A program made the translations under genes and the position numbers. A DNA stretch of 64,000 nucleotides, from contig NC_083230.1 of assembly GCF_032191835.1 (NCBI RefSeq), forward strand, positions 83,700,001 through 83,764,000, in the 5' to 3' direction. This DNA comes from Heteronotia binoei. Its lineage: Eukaryota. Shown one piece after another: positions 58,809-64,000 of this stretch. Under the pieces are notes generated by a model. That model saw only the letters and a program-made list of their open reading frames with translations, was not told the DNA's origin and did not search any database. Positions within the stretch are counted from its first letter, which is position 1, and each line of letters starts with the position of its first letter.

Positions 58809-61800
58809 TGGAAGCATCTGTTGTCTTTTTTTCCCTCTATTCCCTCTTGCTGCCAACCTGGCTGTAGTGATATCACGTAGGCCGGAAGTATCGTCTTGCA
58901 CACAGACATACTGCCTTACTCAGTTCCAAGTTCCAGGAAAGAAGATTCACTGGGAAGAGAATGTACACTACTGGTACGCCTAAAAATAAAGCTGATCTGG
59001 CCTTCAGATTCATAATTGATATTCGTGTGATAGCTGAAGACACATGGGAAAGGCAACACCCTTCAAAACATGTAGCCTGTGCTTTGAATTCCAGAAGGGG
59101 GGTGCTATATGGATTTACAAATTCTGTGACAATCTCAACTGTCCAGACAAGTGGACATCAAGAACAGATTGTAGTACTCATTGACTTTATAGTGTTCAGT
59201 AATGTAACAAGTGTTTTAGTTTTGCACAGAGGATAAATTTATATTATTCCATTGAATCCTAAATTGGCCACTCCATGCAAATTAAAAAAAATCCCACAAA
59301 AGGGAAGTACCAAGGTTTAGGGTATATGCTCCTTCAAACCTAGGATATACCACTGGGTAATCTCCAAGTCTGCAGAAAAACAGGAAAACTTGCCAAGAGG
59401 GTTTTAAAGGACTGCATGCATGGACATTGTAGAAAAAAATAGCATGAAAATGTAATGAAAAAGGGGAACAGGAGAAGGGAAAGAAACCAAAAATAAGGGT
59501 GATCCATCTCTAAGACCCTTTCACTCTGCTTCTGACCATATTCTGTCCAGTTTTGGGCATCTTCATGACATAAGTCTGAAATTATAAAAAAGATCACTAC
59601 CAGCAGGTATGTTGTACCGTTTCTATCTGGGCACAGCGATCTCTTCTATTATTATTTAAGCCTTTAAACCTTTTAAAAGTCACTTTAAAATTGGTTAAAA
59701 GATTTACAGTTTGGCCTATTCGTCTCGCTTTGTGCGTTCTTTCTAAACCTGGGAACAGAACCTAGCCACCTGCCTTGTTGTCTGGTGGTTCCTATCTGAC
59801 AGAAGGTAATTTGAGTTTATTTGACCTTCCATTCTCTCCTGCCAAACAGCGTTTTTGGTTTATTAGTGTATGATGCTGGATAGTGGTTGGATTTCCGATT
59901 CTCAAAGCTTGAACCTTGCTGAATAGCCTTGAGAAAGCCACTCATACATAGCTGTGAAGAATATAGTGAGACGAAATTCTGCAGGCCTTTGTGTGCTGCG
60001 CTGTGCTGGAGAAATTACAGAGCTGGCAGGGATCTTGTTTAGCATCAGGAATCATGTTGAAAATACGTTGTCAATACTGCTCTGCTGGAGGTTCAGAGTC
60101 TTGCAGTGCCTGGATGGAAAGCACACTTAATGGGAACAGCTAACAGCTCAGTGCAGCAGCTTGGATGGAGTGCCTTCTCTGTGGCTAGAATTCAGATTTT
60201 AGGATTGTGTATCTGAAGATGTCACCTGCTTACCAAAGAAACAACATGAGCTGCTCAAGCATATTGGTGAGAATGCTGTGCTGTTGTTGCTAGCTTATAA
60301 TTGCTCCAGTTAGTCTGCGTCAGGAAAGACCCTAATTGCCAGGTCAAATATCGGAGAGAACTCTACTAGTCACGCTATAGGACAGGGAATTTCAGTGGGT
60401 GGTATTTTTCCATCAGCACAGTGCTACGATTGATGTAAAACTTGCTGAAAGTTGCCCCTTCTGTATGGCTGCCTTCTTTCTTACCTGAATCTGGTAGCCT
60501 TGGACACACTGTCTTCATATGAGACAGCATTAAACTGCTCGGCTAGTGCAGCACAAACTAGCAGGCTTTCCCAAGCCCTGCTTTGTTGTGTTCCCTGTGC
60601 CTGGTATTACTAGGCTATAAGCCTTTCGTAGAGTATGTCCTCTGAATTCATTTGCAGCACCTGGGGCAACTCTGGGCACTTAATATAACATTCTCTTAAT
60701 TTCGCCCATTAATGTTATTACTTGGCATTCTAGAAAATGAGAATGGAATAAATCACATTCAGGTTTTATTGCCCGCAACTTTATCAAAGCTGAATATTAA
60801 CACTTTTTAAAAATGCTAGCAAAATAATTTTTTTTAAAAAAACTTGTGTGTTACCCTCATAGCCTGCTCAAAATAGCTTACAGAGTTCTGTCACAGCATG
60901 ACTCTGAGAGCTGCTAAATTTGCATACCAATTTACATGCACTTTAAAAAACTGCACCATAGCTTTAAAACATTTGCTTTTCCTTGTCTTTTAAACATATT
61001 TTTGGGTTTTCTTTCTTAGTGTTGGGAATGCTACCTAAAAGTCAACTGTTTGTCTTTGAGGTTTAAGGTGACTGTAAGAAGATGGCAAGTTTGTGGATCT
61101 GATTGTGGCAGAGGTGTCTGGAGGCCTGTTTGGAAGGCTAAGCAATGCAAGGTGAGAAGAAAGACTGGGCTACATTTGTCTTCTGCTAGTTAGTTTCTTG
61201 GCTTGTTTTTCGAGGCTTTTATCCACAAATATGCTCTGTGGAAAGAATAAAAACAGCAATATATTTTGTTGTGCAATCATTCAGGATCCATGTATACAAT
61301 TTAATACCTCCAAAGGTGGTGTTTTTAGGTGACTGCATAAACATCTGTGGTAATGCCACCCATGGGTAGCAGAATGTTTATGTAATCAACAGCCCCTTAG
61401 ATCATTTCACTTTTCTGTAACCAACAGCAAGGAAAACTGCCAGATTTTGTAAAGTGCAGACAGTTGTCTTAAGATAACTAGCTATGAGGTATATGAATTA
61501 ATCTCAACCCAGCTTGTTTCCTTGCTTGTACCTGCACCCTGACATGTCCTTCATAACTTCTTAACTTGTCCCACATCCTTACATCCTGGAGCTTCAGTAC
61601 TGCCCCTCTCCACCCTTTACGGATGGTAATGTGACAGCTTCTGGAGAGGGGCTATTGAGCTGATCATGACCCAGGCCCCTGGACCTCTGCTCCAAAGTCT
61701 GGCCTTGGCAGCACAACTCTTGAGCTGTGTCCCTCAGGAGTTCAATATCACAGAGGCACAATCTAACAAGATATTCCTTGCTGAAGTGCAGGGTGGAGGT

Positions 61801-62457
61801 TTGAGGGAGATGATTTCATGCTTCATTTCTTCACTTCTGAGGGATTTCTTGCCAAGGTACAATGGATGAAGCGGGATCAAAATTTCAAGCAGAACTGTGA
61901 GCTAACTTTCACTTTTATGTTTTATATCTGGAAAGTACACCCAAGTGCTGCCAATATCAGATTCAAAGGAGGTATATATAACTTAGCACACATTTTCTTT
62001 AAATGACATGACTGCAGATAGAGAAAGGGTCAAGCTGCTGCTGCTTCTAAGTATTTTAATCTGATAGAAAACCACTAAGAAAATTTTGTATAGCTATATA
62101 AATGTAAACAGAGCTAATATATTCAATTTCAACATAAAATTCTATCACAAGCCACTGTATACAATCACAGGATCAACCTTTTTCTTCCAACCCTCCAAAA
62201 AATTAAAGTTCATAACAGAATCAATTCATGTGCAAAAATCTGGTCCAAAGGAGGGATCAGGAAATCTTTACAGCCTTCATACAGATGCCCCTTCTAGATA
62301 ATTCAAGGCATTTCAATTCTGTTTTTTTTCAGTTGTCTGGCTGTTAAATGGACCCGATTTTAATAACTTTTCATACAGACACAAAGTTCACAGCTTACAA
62401 CAATAAATCGGTGGGTCATTGCATTGTTTTGTTTTGCACTTAAGTTAGGGAGAATGT

Positions 62458-63430
62458 AAGAACATAAGAGAAGTCATGTTGGATCGAGCCAATGGTCCAT
62501 CTAGTCCAAGACTCTGTGTCACACAGTGGCCAAAACCCAGGTGCTATCAAAAGATACACCAGTGGGAATAAAACTCTAGAATCCCTCCCATTGCTGCCCC
62601 CTAGGCACCAAGAATACAGAGCATCACTGCCCCAGACATAGTGTTCCATCTATACGTTGGGGCTAATAGCCACTGATGGAACTCTGCTCCATATGTTTAT
62701 CCAGTCCCCGCTTAAAGTTGTCAGAGCCAGTGTGGTGTAGTAGTTAAGTGTGCAGACTCTTATCTGGGAGAACCAGGTTTGATTCCCCACTCCTCCACAT
62801 GCACCTCATTTCGTTGCTCTCTTTTTGTTGAGAACAATGACAATAAATTTATCTATCTATCTATCTGATGTGTCTGTTAGTCAGTCACAACTTCTTGCAC
62901 AGCTGTTTCTCTTAAGGGCGGTTTCTGTTAAAGCTCTCTTAGCTCCACCTACCTCACAGGGTGCCTGTAGAGGGGAAGGGAAAGGAGACTAAGCTGCTCT
63001 GAGACTCCTTCAGGTAGTGAAGGGTGGGGTATAAATCCAATCTCCTCTTCTTCTATGCCTGTAGCCACCATCACTTCCTATGGCTGTAAATTCCATGTGT
63101 TAATTACTTTTTGAATAAGTGCTTCTTTTTATCTGTTCTAAAACTATTGCTCATAAATTTATTTGTATTGTGAGAAAGGGAGAAAAGTACTACTTTCTCT
63201 AGCTTCCCTATCATATGCATAATTTTGTAAACCTTTATCATGTCACCTCTCAGTCATTATTTTTCCACACTAAAGTGGCCGTAACCTCTTTAACCTTTCT
63301 TCATAGGAAAAGTGTTCCATCCCCTTAATCATTTTAGTTGCCCTCTTCTGCACTGTTTCCAATGCTATATTTTTTTAAGTGTGACCAGAACTGTACACAG
63401 TATTTCAAAAGGGGTTGCATCACAGATTTC
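62458..63430 (-). mobile_element. CR1 3' fragment interrupted by a + strand Squam3-like SINE (62724-63054)
   Basis: Colinear with the 3357-4260 CR1 on both sides of the SINE. The insertion splits aagttgtc / tatgcctgtagcc. Confidence 0.88.
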
Positions 63431-64000
63431 TACAGCGCAGCTAAGCGGTAGAGTATCCATTTAGCACTCCTAAAGCCCCAGGGCCAACCTGTATCACCTC
63501 CAATGAAAGATCTTACAGAACAGGTGTTGGAAAAAACTTTGCCTAAAATGCTAGAGAGCAGACAACACTGAGCTTAATAGGTCAATCATTTGATTTGGCA
63601 GAAGGCAGGCTTATCTTTTCATGTGAAAAAAGTAAATGAATTGACATGCTTCCTGCACAGAAAAGATGGATTACCAAGAATGTTATCAGCTTTCACAAAT
63701 ACAGAGACGGGTCAGTTTTAATATTAAATAATGTTTTCTCTTGTTTTCCTCTCATCATATTCTGTTCTCCAACCATATGTGTTTAATGTATAATTAGAAT
63801 AAGCATTTTAAAAATTAAATTAAAACAGCTCTATAAAAGGGTTATGATAACTAACTTATGTTGCAGACTGAAAATAGTGATTCTTCAAGGGAAGGGGCAT
63901 ATGGGCATGGAGGAGGCTAACTATTGAGGGCCTTGAGGATTTTAGGCAGCCCCTTCTCTCTACTTGAAGTTGGTTCTGATGGCAGACAAGAGTTCTTTTC

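Noticed and set aside
59000-62400. Exons of the expected downstream neighbour (TMEM184B by amniote synteny)
   Set aside because: No matching ORF or CpG promoter is visible, and scattered GT/AG motifs do not chain into a frame.
1-64000. CRISPR array, prokaryotic operon or intact autonomous transposon/retrovirus
   Set aside because: No regularly spaced repeat-spacer array, and all RT/ORF2 remnants are truncated or frameshifted.

Overview
Vertebrate nuclear DNA, most likely a squamate (Sauria-type SINEs, 5S-derived SINEs, CR1/L2/L1/Penelope fragments and hAT MITEs typical of lizards, probably a gecko; this is inference from repeat content). The window holds one complete protein-coding gene on the + strand, CSNK1E (casein kinase 1 epsilon). 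It has a non-coding first exon ending at 17111 in a CpG/G-rich promoter, nine coding exons (21213-55441, all GT-AG, 1248 nt, 415 aa, intact [15 protein letters not shown] motifs, C-terminus TSVPFDHLGK), an intron 33 nt after the stop, and a 3' UTR exon ending near AATAAA at 58784. Most other sequence is transposon-derived. It includes an L1 3' fragment (about 6975-11680) that can be reassembled across five later insertions, four of them with recognisable target-site duplications. I found no CRISPR array, intact rRNA or tRNA gene, or intact autonomous element, and I cannot claim a new biological system. The best leads are: (i) two near-identical palindromic MITEs tightly flanking exon 9 of the autoinhibitory tail, (ii) a possible CK1delta1/delta2-like switch by skipping exon 10 into a 59-codon polybasic frame, (iii) two intronic pre-miRNA-like hairpins, (iv) a hAT element whose end closely matches primate MER1/Charlie3 as I recall it, and (v) possible terminal exons of an unidentified upstream gene at 1596-2904. 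TE family names come from recalled consensus features, not database searches, and many TE boundaries are approximate.
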